Part shown: positions 8,763-17,731 of the stretch, in pieces
How positions within the stretch are numbered: the stretch's first letter is position 1
How the letters are laid out: each line of letters begins with the position of its first letter
Virus record (IMG/VR): IMGVR_UViG_3300031977_001837
Coordinates: 1-60,756 of that record
Source of the DNA: a virus
Taxonomy: Duplodnaviria > Caudoviricetes
DNA length: 60,756 nucleotides
Direction: 5' to 3' (one strand)
Made by a program: the position numbers and the translations under genes
Notes under the pieces: model-generated
Database searches by the model: none
Told to the model about the DNA's origin: nothing
The model's input: only the letters and a program-made list of their open reading frames with translations

Positions 8763-9989
8763 ATGAAGTCTGACGAGTATAGGCAGGTAGTAATTGAGCA
8801 AATGGATAACTATGATGGTAATGTTGCTGCATTCGCAAGGCATATGGCCGGCATTATTACAGATATGAACCCAGAAGCACATCGTTGGAGACTACGAATA
8901 CTAAAAGAAGATGAACCAGAAATATTTACAGATATAGAAGTTATTGACTATAATGCGCATATTCCTTTAGAGTTTGAAGGTAGCAAATTAGAATTAGCAA
9001 GACTTATGAACAGAAGGTTTCCAGAAATTTCTTGTGTTGGTTGGGAAAATAGAATTAGACGAGCCTACGAAAGAAATGCTATAACTAAAAAAGAAACTCC
9101 ACACTTTATTGTTGAACACTTGAAAAAAGAGTCCGGTAGTTTAGAAAGTCTTTGGGATGCAGTTGAAAAACAATCTAAAAAGGCTATTTTGGCAACAGAA
9201 GATGCTCGATGGGCTACAATTCATGTAAATGATAGTGATAGATATATTGGTATAGCATTTCAAAGCGACCAACATATCGGCAATCCTTTCTGCGACCATG
9301 AGCGTTTGCGCAAAGATACAGAATTAATTGCTAAAAATCCCGATTGTTATGTTATTCATGCCGGTGACTATATTGATAACTTTGTTATTGACAAACCACG
9401 ACCTGCTATGAAAGCACCAATCCCCCCTTCTATTCAGTGGCAACTTTGCGAACACTATATTAATATGAGTAAAGATTCACTAATGGCTATTGTTGCGGGC
9501 AATCATGACCTTTGGACTGCCGGTATGACAGATTATGACCCACTAAAGAAACTTGCTTCCAGTAATGGAATCTTATATCATCCTTATGAATTAAATATTA
9601 AATTAGTTCACGGCGAAGTAGCATATCATTTATCAATTAGACATAAGCGCAGAGGTAACTCAAATCTTGACCCAAGCCGTGTTGTCAAAAAAATGTGGGA
9701 TGACGGAGAGTGTGATTTTGATATTGGGGTAATAGGACACCACCATACACCTTCTGTTGTGCCATTTACACGACATGCAGTTGAAAGATGGTCTGTAAGA
9801 CCGGGGGCTTATAAAATTGTTGATTCGTTTGGAGAAATGTGTGGTTTCCCAAGAGAAAGACCAACAAGCCCAATAGTAATTCTTTGCTCTAAGACAAGAG
9901 ATATTCAAGCATTTACAGACCTAAGACATGGTTTAAGATTATTAAATACACTTAATGGGAGAGAACCTAATGCCTATATGGATGAGTAA
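8763..9989 (+). CDS. Calcineurin-like metallophosphoesterase with N-terminal extension
   Basis: SDQHIG, GDYID, GNHD and GHHH motifs. Confidence 0.85.
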   Translation: MKSDEYRQVVIEQMDNYDGNVAAFARHMAGIITDMNPEAHRWRLRILKEDEPEIFTDIEVIDYNAHIPLEFEGSKLELARLMNRRFPEISCVGWENRIRRAYERNAITKKETPHFIVEHLKKESGSLESLWDAVEKQSKKAILATEDARWATIHVNDSDRYIGIAFQSDQHIGNPFCDHERLRKDTELIAKNPDCYVIHAGDYIDNFVIDKPRPAMKAPIPPSIQWQLCEHYINMSKDSLMAIVAGNHDLWTAGMTDYDPLKKLASSNGILYHPYELNIKLVHGEVAYHLSIRHKRRGNSNLDPSRVVKKMWDDGECDFDIGVIGHHHTPSVVPFTRHAVERWSVRPGAYKIVDSFGEMCGFPRERPTSPIVILCSKTRDIQAFTDLRHGLRLLNTLNGREPNAYMDE

Positions 9990-10200
9990 CGACAAAGAGT
10001 TGCGATTTGCAGATATGGGCGAAGATTGCGTAGCAGTAAATATGTTTCTTTCAGATGAAGACTTAATACTCGGCGTTATGCTAACAAGAGATGAAATTGA
10101 AAACTTAGTGTATAAGTTAGCAGAATACTGCGGAATCCCGTTTTTTAATAAAGGAGGGATAAATCTAAATGGTTCGCTTAATGACAACCTTTCATCTTGA
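9970..10200 (+). CDS. Hypothetical protein
   Basis: GGAGAG RBS before ATG 9970; overlaps both neighbours. Confidence 0.6.
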   Translation: MPIWMSNDKELRFADMGEDCVAVNMFLSDEDLILGVMLTRDEIENLVYKLAEYCGIPFFNKGGINLNGSLNDNLSS

Positions 10201-11662
10201 GCGTAGTCGCTATGATATACGCCATTTTTATGAATGGCTTGGCTACAAATGGGGCGACCATATAGGTGAATGGTTAGAATTATATGGAAATACCGAAGGT
10301 AAGCAAGTTCATCGTGTTTGTATTATTGCGCCCAGAGACCATAGTAAGTCAACAACTCTTCGTGTAAAAATACTACACATGTTACTTTTTGAAAAGTGGC
10401 GTGGCAAACCTTTTACTATTTGGTTATTTTCTGCAAATAAAGACCTTGCTATGAATCGTCTTGAAGAAATACGCCAAGACTTAAAAAGGCATCCCGAATT
10501 ATCTAAAAAAATAGATACAACAAAAGGTAATAGATTTGAATTGCGCTTAACAAACGGCGCATGGATTAAGGCTACATCAGTTGGTTCTGGTATTCGTGGT
10601 GAGCATCCGGCAGCAATTGCTCTTGATGATATTATTGACGACCAAAATGATATGTCTTATGACACATACCAACAGTGGTTTAGAAAAAAACTAACACCTA
10701 TGCTGTCACCTAAAACTTGTTTATTCTGTGTCGGAACACCAATGTCTATGAATGACCTTTACCATACTGAAATGTTAAACAACGACGCATGGGAAACATG
10801 GCAAAAAGGCGCAATTGTAAATTATGATGAGTGGCGCAATGACCCAGACAATGAAAAACCTGTTTGTCTATGGCCTTCTGAAAGACCTCTTGAGTTTTTA
10901 CTTGAGCAAAAAGAAGCAATTGGAGAGTTGGCTTTTGCGCAAGAATATCTTTGTAAGGTAGTTGACGACGATAGCGCAGTTTTCCCACAAAGCATTACCA
11001 GAAAAAATCTTAGTATGGATTCTATACTGCAAAAAAATAAATTGCATGAAGGCGATTATGTTGTTGGGTTCGACCCTTCTCACGGCATAGGAAAGGACTA
11101 TACGGTAGCAATGGTGCTAAGACAAGACAAAGACGGCAATGTTCACATAGTAAATATGTGGAGGCGCAACGATTTCCCGCCTGCAAAACAAATTGAAATA
11201 ATTGCAGAGTTAGATGATTCATATAAGCATCCTATTTTTGCTTTTGAAAGCGCAGGGTTTCAGTCTTTGTATCAATCACTAATAAATCAACATGGTTTAA
11301 CGCTAAATATGAAAATGAGCAAAGTATCTAACAAAACTCTCAAGCAAGGACTGTTAAATCGGCTTCGTGTGTGGTTTGAGCAAGAAAAAGTCATTATACC
11401 TTATGGAAACGATGAAACAAGGCGTGTTATGAGCATATTACTTGACGAATTAGAGTCACATGTATGGAAAAACGGCGATATAGTTGACAAAGGTAAGCAT
11501 AACGACACTGTAATGGCACTTGCGCACGCCATAGACCAAATAAAAACGGCCACAAACGGCGGTTTAGCAGTCGTTGGAGGCACTTTAGACGCATCACAGT
11601 GGACTACGGGAAAAAAATCTAAAAAAATAACAAGAAATAGGCGTTTTGTGCCGTTTTTTTAG
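10181..11662 (+). CDS. terL: Terminase large subunit
   Basis: Walker A PRDHSKST, Walker B IALDDI, GTP motif, FAQEY, nuclease GFDPS and HNDTVMA. Confidence 0.93.
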   Translation: MTTFHLERSRYDIRHFYEWLGYKWGDHIGEWLELYGNTEGKQVHRVCIIAPRDHSKSTTLRVKILHMLLFEKWRGKPFTIWLFSANKDLAMNRLEEIRQDLKRHPELSKKIDTTKGNRFELRLTNGAWIKATSVGSGIRGEHPAAIALDDIIDDQNDMSYDTYQQWFRKKLTPMLSPKTCLFCVGTPMSMNDLYHTEMLNNDAWETWQKGAIVNYDEWRNDPDNEKPVCLWPSERPLEFLLEQKEAIGELAFAQEYLCKVVDDDSAVFPQSITRKNLSMDSILQKNKLHEGDYVVGFDPSHGIGKDYTVAMVLRQDKDGNVHIVNMWRRNDFPPAKQIEIIAELDDSYKHPIFAFESAGFQSLYQSLINQHGLTLNMKMSKVSNKTLKQGLLNRLRVWFEQEKVIIPYGNDETRRVMSILLDELESHVWKNGDIVDKGKHNDTVMALAHAIDQIKTATNGGLAVVGGTLDASQWTTGKKSKKITRNRRFVPFF

Positions 11663-11750
11663 TTTATAAACGCAATTTGGAAAAAATATGGGTAATTTTT
11701 TGAGGTGGTTGGCGTTGCGTGCGCCGTCAGTGCGCATAGGTTTTGGCGCA

Positions 11751-12983
11751 AAAAAACGCATGACTGCGAGCCTGTTATTACTTTTCAGCGCAATTTTATT
11801 AATTTTGACAAAATCGGTCTTTTCTGAACATTATTGATACTATCTATTCGATGCACTGCAAGCCATTTTGCGCAAATGGAGGTCGTCGGTTGAAAATAGG
11901 CCGTTGTAAAATCGAATGACGGCGAGCCTGTTTTGAGTCATATCTCTGCTGATTTGTTCGATTGTTGGCAAAATTGCGCCGTTTGAAACCGATGGACTGA
12001 GAGCCTACCGTCAAACAATAGGCTTCCAGTGATGCGTTTTTGATAATTCAGTGGTTGATTTTCAAATTGACTTCATTGATTGAAAACCGATAGACTGCGA
12101 CCCTCCCGACTTCCATAATTACCGTATATTTTCATAAATCAGCACCCTTTTTTCTCGATTCCGGTAATTTTTGCGCTGTTATGGTAATTTTACGGAAATG
12201 AGCAAAATGAGCAAAATTGAGTAATATCCACTATTGAAAAACGACGCACTGAAAAATTGACAGTTGAAAAAATCAAAAAAATTGCTCAAAATTTCAGCCT
12301 CGCAGTCTTCATATCTCGCCTTCTTGCATCATCATTTTGCGCCGTGATTTTCAAAACCGTTGCACTGCGTTTTTCAGAGAGACCGAAATCCAAAGTCGAA
12401 ATCCGGTAATTCAAACTCTAAACGATAGACTGAGAAGCCGACAAAATCTCAAACCGTTATACTGCTCTGCATTCGATGGACTGCGAGACCGACGGCCCCT
12501 ATCGGCCTGTTTTTCTCGGACATCATTGGCTTGCAGTGTCCCATTTAGTGAAATCCGGCGAAATTGCCAAAATCGGCGCAATCGGTGACGGAAACCGGAA
12601 AAATGGAAAATTGCTCTTAGTCCTAACAGGCTTGCAGTGTTGCGTTTTCATTTTCTAATCGTGGCACTGAGAGCCTGCTCTGCTCAGAGAATCTCAACAG
12701 GCTTGCAGTCCATCGAATAGCCCGAAATGCGCCGAATTGAGCCGACTCCTAAACGATAGACTGCGAGGCTGTTTTTTCCGGCGCAATTTCAAAACCGTGA
12801 CACTGCGAGGCTGTCAAGATTCTGGAAAAAAACCGTTGCACTGCATCTTGAAAACGATAGACTGAGAGCCTGCTGAAGATGCGCCATTTCGCTGAAACCG
12901 TGATACTGCGAGGCTTATGGCTCTCTATACAACGGTTTTACTCAAAAAAGTGGTGTAAAAAGTAAATCGAGGGACTGCAAGGA
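11751..12983. repeat. Dispersed array of about 22-bp repeats, consensus AAA(A/C)CG-NNNN-ACTG(C/A)(G/A)AG(C/G)CTGTT
   Basis: 19 perfect CG-N4-ACTG cores. On +: 11757, 11849, 11990, 12088, 12242, 12358, 12423, 12455, 12474, 12660, 12754, 12796, 12834, 12855, 12899, 12968. On -: 12027, 12635, 12706. Three near matches near 11913, 12303, 12534. Confidence 0.9.
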
Positions 12984-13044
12984 AGTTTATATGTAGTTTA
13001 TCCACCCCTGCATCCAATTTTTGCGCCACTTTCAACCGAAATCG

Positions 13045-13054
13045 GTTATAACCT
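13045..13054 (+). promoter_or_regulatory. Archaeal TATA-box promoter (GGTTATAA) of the first early operon
   Basis: GG(T)TTATA-like boxes recur upstream of + genes (about 16658, 19046, 21824, 24245, 25305, 30866, 33657, 36142, 40429, 41745, 42971). Confidence 0.6.
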
Positions 13055-13085
13055 GAAGGAATAAGGAGTAAAGCGAGGTATAGTA

Positions 13086-15188
13086 ATGTTGCAGAACATC
13101 GTAACCAAAATTATGATTGTATTGCTCGCAGTTGGCTTATTTGCGCCAGTTGTAGCAATCGCAATCAATCAGCATGAAGAACGACCGACCCCAGTAATGG
13201 AGACCAGTGAGCCGATGGCAGAACTCCCAGAGTTCAAACCACCAATGAGCAGACATGCGTTTAAGCGAGCAGTTCACCGTTTAGAATTAGCAAGCAAGCG
13301 CAAAAATCTCAAGGGCGCACTTCTTAGAAGGGTGCTAAATGGCACGCAGTCTAACGATTCAACCGAGGAAAATGACACGGTTGAAATCAAAACAGGCTTG
13401 CAGTGTGCCGATTGTGGATGCCTTGAAGAACATGGATATGCAATAGATGAAGAACTAAATCCGGCGCAGTGTGCCGATTGTTACTATTATCCAACCGTTG
13501 AAGAGGTTGAAATTACGACGAGGAAACACGCAAAAAGCCGAGCAGTTGACTGTTTTGCATGTGGGGTTTCAATCCATCAAGGAGAAACTAAGCACATGAT
13601 GAAATACGAAAATATGCACACCAAAAAGGCACACTGCGACCAATGCGCTGATGAAATCATAGGTCTAAAGGCTGATGAAATCATTACCAAACAGGCCCGC
13701 AGTCAATCGTTAAGCGCATTAATTGCGCCGATTTTCCTTGCCCTCGTAGTTTCCATATTTGCGCCTAAACTGGCTTTCAGTGTGCCATTCTTAGCAGTTG
13801 GAAAAATGCACTTGAGCGCAGAATTAGAAGCATGTAAAGCGGAAGGCTACAAAATACGCAGTCATTCAAAGTCAAATCCTGCTAAGTGCATTTCCTGCAA
13901 ATGCGAGATAACCAAAGGTGAATTGAAAGCAATGCTTCCTTACGCCGGATATACTCAAAATAAGGCACATTGCAGAGAATGCGCCCATATTACATGGGTC
14001 AAGATTTCAGCAAATCCAACCCCAAAAGTTGAGCCAAAAACCGACCCCGTTCCAGAGCCAAAACCGGAACCGGCAACCCAACCAAATGAGCCGACTGCGC
14101 CAAAGGTCGCAGAGAAAATTAAGACACAAATCAAAGGAGATAAGGGGTCTCAATTGGTTGAATTAATTGCTCAATTGGGTGGAGTTGATGAAGCGGAAGT
14201 CCGTCGAATTGTCAATGAGGAAACGGCGCAAATTCAAGAGAAGTTTGCCGACCAAATCAACGACCAGTTAAGCAAAATCAGCAAGCCGACACTTCTTGAA
14301 ATCAAGCCTATGAAGGGCGAGAAAATCAAGATTGAAGGAGTCCAACACCACAAGATGACTCAATTGCTGTTCTATATCATGAAGACACGCAATGAGAATA
14401 ATCTGTATCTATGGGGTGACGCCGGAACCGGAAAAACTCGCATTTGTGTGGATTTATTCGGACTATTGAAAGCCGGTGGATGGTTCAAGGAAATGGGCTT
14501 GAAGAAGGCCACAGTTGAGAAGAATGTGTTCATTCTCAGTTGTAACAAAGACATCCAATCTCAAGAGTTGTTAGGCCGTGAAAGTCCGAGATTCTTTGAT
14601 GATGGAAGCGGAAGGCCTGCCGGCGAATGGGACTTCATTCTCGGCGCACTATTGCCCGTTTTCCGTGATGGTGGAATAATTTGTCTTGATGAGATTGACC
14701 GTCTTCATGAATCAACTTTGAGCGCATTGAATGCAATCTTAGCGAATGGGTTCGTATATACTCCAAAAGGCGAGAAAATTGTGCGCCATCCGGCTTGCGT
14801 TATTGTTGGCACTGCTAACACAAAGGGCAACGGTGGAAGCGGAAAATACTCGGCCACAAGACAGCAAGACGGCGCAACTCTTGACCGTTTCACAGGTCGG
14901 AAAATCCACATTGATTATGACCCTGCAATTGAAGATTCAATCGCCGGAAGTGCTGAACTGGCGCAAAAGTTCAGAGACATGAGAAACGCATTTGAGGCAC
15001 ATGGACTTGATGAAGCAATTATCTCATACCGTTCTATAATCGTTGCACGCAATGACATTGAAGCCGGTATATCTCAAGAATATGCGCTGTATAATATCGC
15101 TTCCCAATGGGGAGAGGAAAACGCATTCAAGGCCGGATTTACCGAAGTCCCTACCTTTGACTTTTCAAGTGCGTGGGGTGGCGCATAA
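13086..15188 (+). CDS. MoxR/CbbQ/CobS-like AAA+ ATPase with TM segments and two zinc-finger modules
   Basis: Walker A GDAGTGKT, Walker B CLDEID, TANT sensor, ATLDRF Arg finger; N-terminal and internal hydrophobic helices; two CxxC...HCxxC modules. Confidence 0.85.
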   Translation: MLQNIVTKIMIVLLAVGLFAPVVAIAINQHEERPTPVMETSEPMAELPEFKPPMSRHAFKRAVHRLELASKRKNLKGALLRRVLNGTQSNDSTEENDTVEIKTGLQCADCGCLEEHGYAIDEELNPAQCADCYYYPTVEEVEITTRKHAKSRAVDCFACGVSIHQGETKHMMKYENMHTKKAHCDQCADEIIGLKADEIITKQARSQSLSALIAPIFLALVVSIFAPKLAFSVPFLAVGKMHLSAELEACKAEGYKIRSHSKSNPAKCISCKCEITKGELKAMLPYAGYTQNKAHCRECAHITWVKISANPTPKVEPKTDPVPEPKPEPATQPNEPTAPKVAEKIKTQIKGDKGSQLVELIAQLGGVDEAEVRRIVNEETAQIQEKFADQINDQLSKISKPTLLEIKPMKGEKIKIEGVQHHKMTQLLFYIMKTRNENNLYLWGDAGTGKTRICVDLFGLLKAGGWFKEMGLKKATVEKNVFILSCNKDIQSQELLGRESPRFFDDGSGRPAGEWDFILGALLPVFRDGGIICLDEIDRLHESTLSALNAILANGFVYTPKGEKIVRHPACVIVGTANTKGNGGSGKYSATRQQDGATLDRFTGRKIHIDYDPAIEDSIAGSAELAQKFRDMRNAFEAHGLDEAIISYRSIIVARNDIEAGISQEYALYNIASQWGEENAFKAGFTEVPTFDFSSAWGGA

Positions 15189-15256
15189 TCGGGACACTGC
15201 GCTAATGAAACAGTTTGAAAATATGCGCAAATTCTGAAATAAAACGAGGTGAAAAA

Positions 15257-16273
15257 ATGTTCAATCCAATCTATGAATATGTCTGGAACGCAGACACAGA
15301 AACTATGGAGAAGGGCAAGAAAGTTGAGGTCTTCCCTAACAAAGTAATGCTTGAGGAAAATCGCAACCCAAAACCGATGAACGGCGTTCAATTCCTTGAG
15401 GTTGAAGGGTGGTCTAAGTTCAACTTCTTTGAAAGCCCACTTCACTTGAACAAATTTTTGCGCAATGAGGTGATTAAGAAGAACCCTCAGAACGGTGAAA
15501 AGAAGATACGCCACGCTGAATGGTTAGGTGTCCCAAAGGAATTGAGAAAGACCTGCGGAACATATCAAGACCTATACGACCAGTTGATTGTTCACCCATC
15601 AAAAGCACCAGAAAAAATCAAGCAGGCTGTTGTTAATGCACTGCCTAATGCAATACGCAATATTTTGGTTGAATCCGAGCGATGGAGTGACATCAAAGGC
15701 GATTTGAACCTTGATAGAATCTTTGCAGGAAAGCGCAAATTTATGAGAGAACAAATCATTCAAAACGAGCCTACCAAAGTTATTGGTATCGGCGTTCAAA
15801 TGAATGCACTGAGCCACATTAACGCAGAGGTTTTGAGCATTAGGGGAGTCGTTGCCAGTATTGCGGTTGAGTGCCTTGAAAAATTAGGCCACTCGGTTGA
15901 ACTGTTTGGATATACTCATTCAAGTGGGACTTACGGAAACGGCGCAAGCACCAATACATTTGTCTGCAAAATCAAGAAGGCAGGCGAGAAAATGGCGACC
16001 AGTGCGCTGATGAACCTAACCTCTTCATGGTGTTTTAGAACTGCGGTTTTCGCAGTCAATAACCACGCAAGCAGGAACAGCAGAAAAGCAGAGGCAAGAG
16101 GTCAAGGCGGTTCATTGAAGATGAACGACACAAGCGCAAAATACCTTGAGCAACTCATACCGTCAATCACCAATTTCGCTATACTGCGCTATGTCCCAGA
16201 GTCTAACGGCTTCATCGGCGAGATTGAAAAGGCAGTGGATGCGCTTCTTGATGTTCTTGAGCCATACATTTGA
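15257..16273 (+). CDS. VWA-like (CobT-like) partner of the AAA+ ATPase
   Basis: Follows the AAA gene; GDLNLDRIFAG then a degenerate VWA core (VIGIGVQMNAL, LEKLGHSVELF, IKKAGE, FRTAVFA). GAGGTGA RBS before ATG 15257. Confidence 0.65.
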   Translation: MFNPIYEYVWNADTETMEKGKKVEVFPNKVMLEENRNPKPMNGVQFLEVEGWSKFNFFESPLHLNKFLRNEVIKKNPQNGEKKIRHAEWLGVPKELRKTCGTYQDLYDQLIVHPSKAPEKIKQAVVNALPNAIRNILVESERWSDIKGDLNLDRIFAGKRKFMREQIIQNEPTKVIGIGVQMNALSHINAEVLSIRGVVASIAVECLEKLGHSVELFGYTHSSGTYGNGASTNTFVCKIKKAGEKMATSALMNLTSSWCFRTAVFAVNNHASRNSRKAEARGQGGSLKMNDTSAKYLEQLIPSITNFAILRYVPESNGFIGEIEKAVDALLDVLEPYI

Positions 16274-16383
16274 GCAAAACGATAGACTGCGAGCAAGTTG
16301 GAGGTGAAAATAAACTAAAAAAAGGGCATAACGATTTGATGTTGAACCGTGTCAAATCGGCCCACTGAAAGGCATAACGGTTC

Positions 16384-16399
16384 ATTTTTTTATTTTTTT
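16384..16399 (+). terminator. Possible T-rich archaeal terminator after the AAA/VWA operon
   Basis: Two consecutive T runs about 110 bp after the VWA stop codon. Confidence 0.35.
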
Positions 16400-16688
16400 G
16401 CGCTAAATTTTTCTTCATTGGCGCAATTTTTCAAAATCGAATCAGCGCAAGCCTTGAAAATTATCCGAGCAGATTTCCCAGACCAAAAACCCAAACCGAA
16501 AAAAAAGTGCGCTCTGAAAAAAAATTGCTCGGCGCAGAAAAAATCGGTCTCGGTGTGCCTATATGCGCATGAAGTTAATACAGAATTATTTTGATATTTT
16601 ACGGAGTCGAAACCAGTCCTTCAAAATCACCATTTCAACGAGTCAATCAAGTAGGGGGTTTATATCCCTCTATATGATAGGGGAGTGC

Positions 16689-16934
16689 ATGGGAGATAGC
16701 AACACCGACCCACCACAGTCCGACGAACAGCCGACCTTATTCAGTGCAGAAATGCAACACTGCGACACTATGGAAGTGTCAACAGTGGTGTATATTATGC
16801 CGGAAGAAACCGAGTTGAATACTGAAACTCTGATGCAATTCGTTGAAGATGTAGCCAACGAAACGCAATCCATGCCATTGACATTCATGGTTTCAAAAGG
16901 CGACACAATCATAGTAAGAGGTGGAACACAATGA
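16689..16934 (+). CDS. Hypothetical acidic protein
   Basis: ATG about 29 nt after a GGTTTATA box; the ORF-track start at 16563 is probably too early. Confidence 0.6.
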   Translation: MGDSNTDPPQSDEQPTLFSAEMQHCDTMEVSTVVYIMPEETELNTETLMQFVEDVANETQSMPLTFMVSKGDTIIVRGGTQ

Positions 16935-17203
16935 ACGCAAGCGATAGAAGAAAGATAGCAAAATTGGCGAAGACTGCGCAGAATGCTTTGGGAGTTCTCG
17001 AAGACCTTCGCAGTGCAATAGAAGAGATGGTTTCAGACGAGGAATCGAAATACGATAACATGTGCGAGCGTGGGCTTGAATCCTCTCCTATGGGAGAGGC
17101 AATCGAAGAAGCAATGAACGCACTTGAAGAAGCATTCGCAGAAGTTGACGAGGCGCATACCAATCTTGAAAGCGCAATCACTACAATGGAGGAATTACAA
17201 TGA
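16931..17203 (+). CDS. Coiled-coil phage-type hypothetical protein
   Basis: MNxxxRRK...EExKYDNM...GEAIEE pattern recalled from small phage proteins; coupled start/stop. Confidence 0.7.
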   Translation: MNASDRRKIAKLAKTAQNALGVLEDLRSAIEEMVSDEESKYDNMCERGLESSPMGEAIEEAMNALEEAFAEVDEAHTNLESAITTMEELQ

Positions 17204-17730
17204 GCGCACCACAGGACAACGAAACGATTTACAGCCGAGGCTCTAAGATTGTCAAGCCTAACGGCGAAGACTGGCGCAAGACCGTTCTTCATGTGTGCAG
17301 AACGGGCGAAAAAGAGCAGTTCTATACCTTGTATATCACGCACATAGTAAAAGAATCAAAGTCAAGGTTCCACTATTCCCGATGTTGGTTTCAAAAGAAT
17401 CTATCATTAAAACTCGATAAAGCGTTAGACTGCGCAGTTAATTATGCCCAAACTGTCAATGTGTGCATTAACTCTGATGAGGTCGAGGTCAAGTATCACG
17501 AAGAACCGAGGTTCGTTTATCAAGAAATGGATGCCTTCGGCGCAAAATTCAAGATGGCTAAAAAGCGCACCGTATGGTGGGCAAACGCAACATCAGAGTT
17601 TTGGGATGAATGGAAACAGCGCAAACAGCAAATCAAGGATGCAGGTTATTGGGTCAAGAGAGTTGACGGCGGTAAGTGGCTTGTATTCAAGCGCATAGAG
17701 GACATTGAAAAAGTGTGGGAGAGTGATTGA
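17200..17730 (+). CDS. Hypothetical protein
   Basis: Coupled ATGA junction and RBS. Confidence 0.7.
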   Translation: MSAPQDNETIYSRGSKIVKPNGEDWRKTVLHVCRTGEKEQFYTLYITHIVKESKSRFHYSRCWFQKNLSLKLDKALDCAVNYAQTVNVCINSDEVEVKYHEEPRFVYQEMDAFGAKFKMAKKRTVWWANATSEFWDEWKQRKQQIKDAGYWVKRVDGGKWLVFKRIEDIEKVWESD

Positions 17731-17731
17731 G

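Noticed and set aside
8310-11662. Portal N-terminus RFPFF resembles the TerL C-terminus RFVPFF
   Set aside because: Too short to distinguish from coincidence.
12337-12658. ORFs 12337-12588 and 12476-12658
   Set aside because: They run through the repeat field, lack an RBS and look like chance translations.
11751-12983. CRISPR or mini-CRISPR array
   Set aside because: Repeats are degenerate with a variable centre, occur in both orientations and are irregularly spaced.
16349-16688. ORF 16349-16594 and the 5' part of ORF 16563
   Set aside because: Low-complexity A/T-tract DNA upstream of a promoter; the true start is likely 16689.
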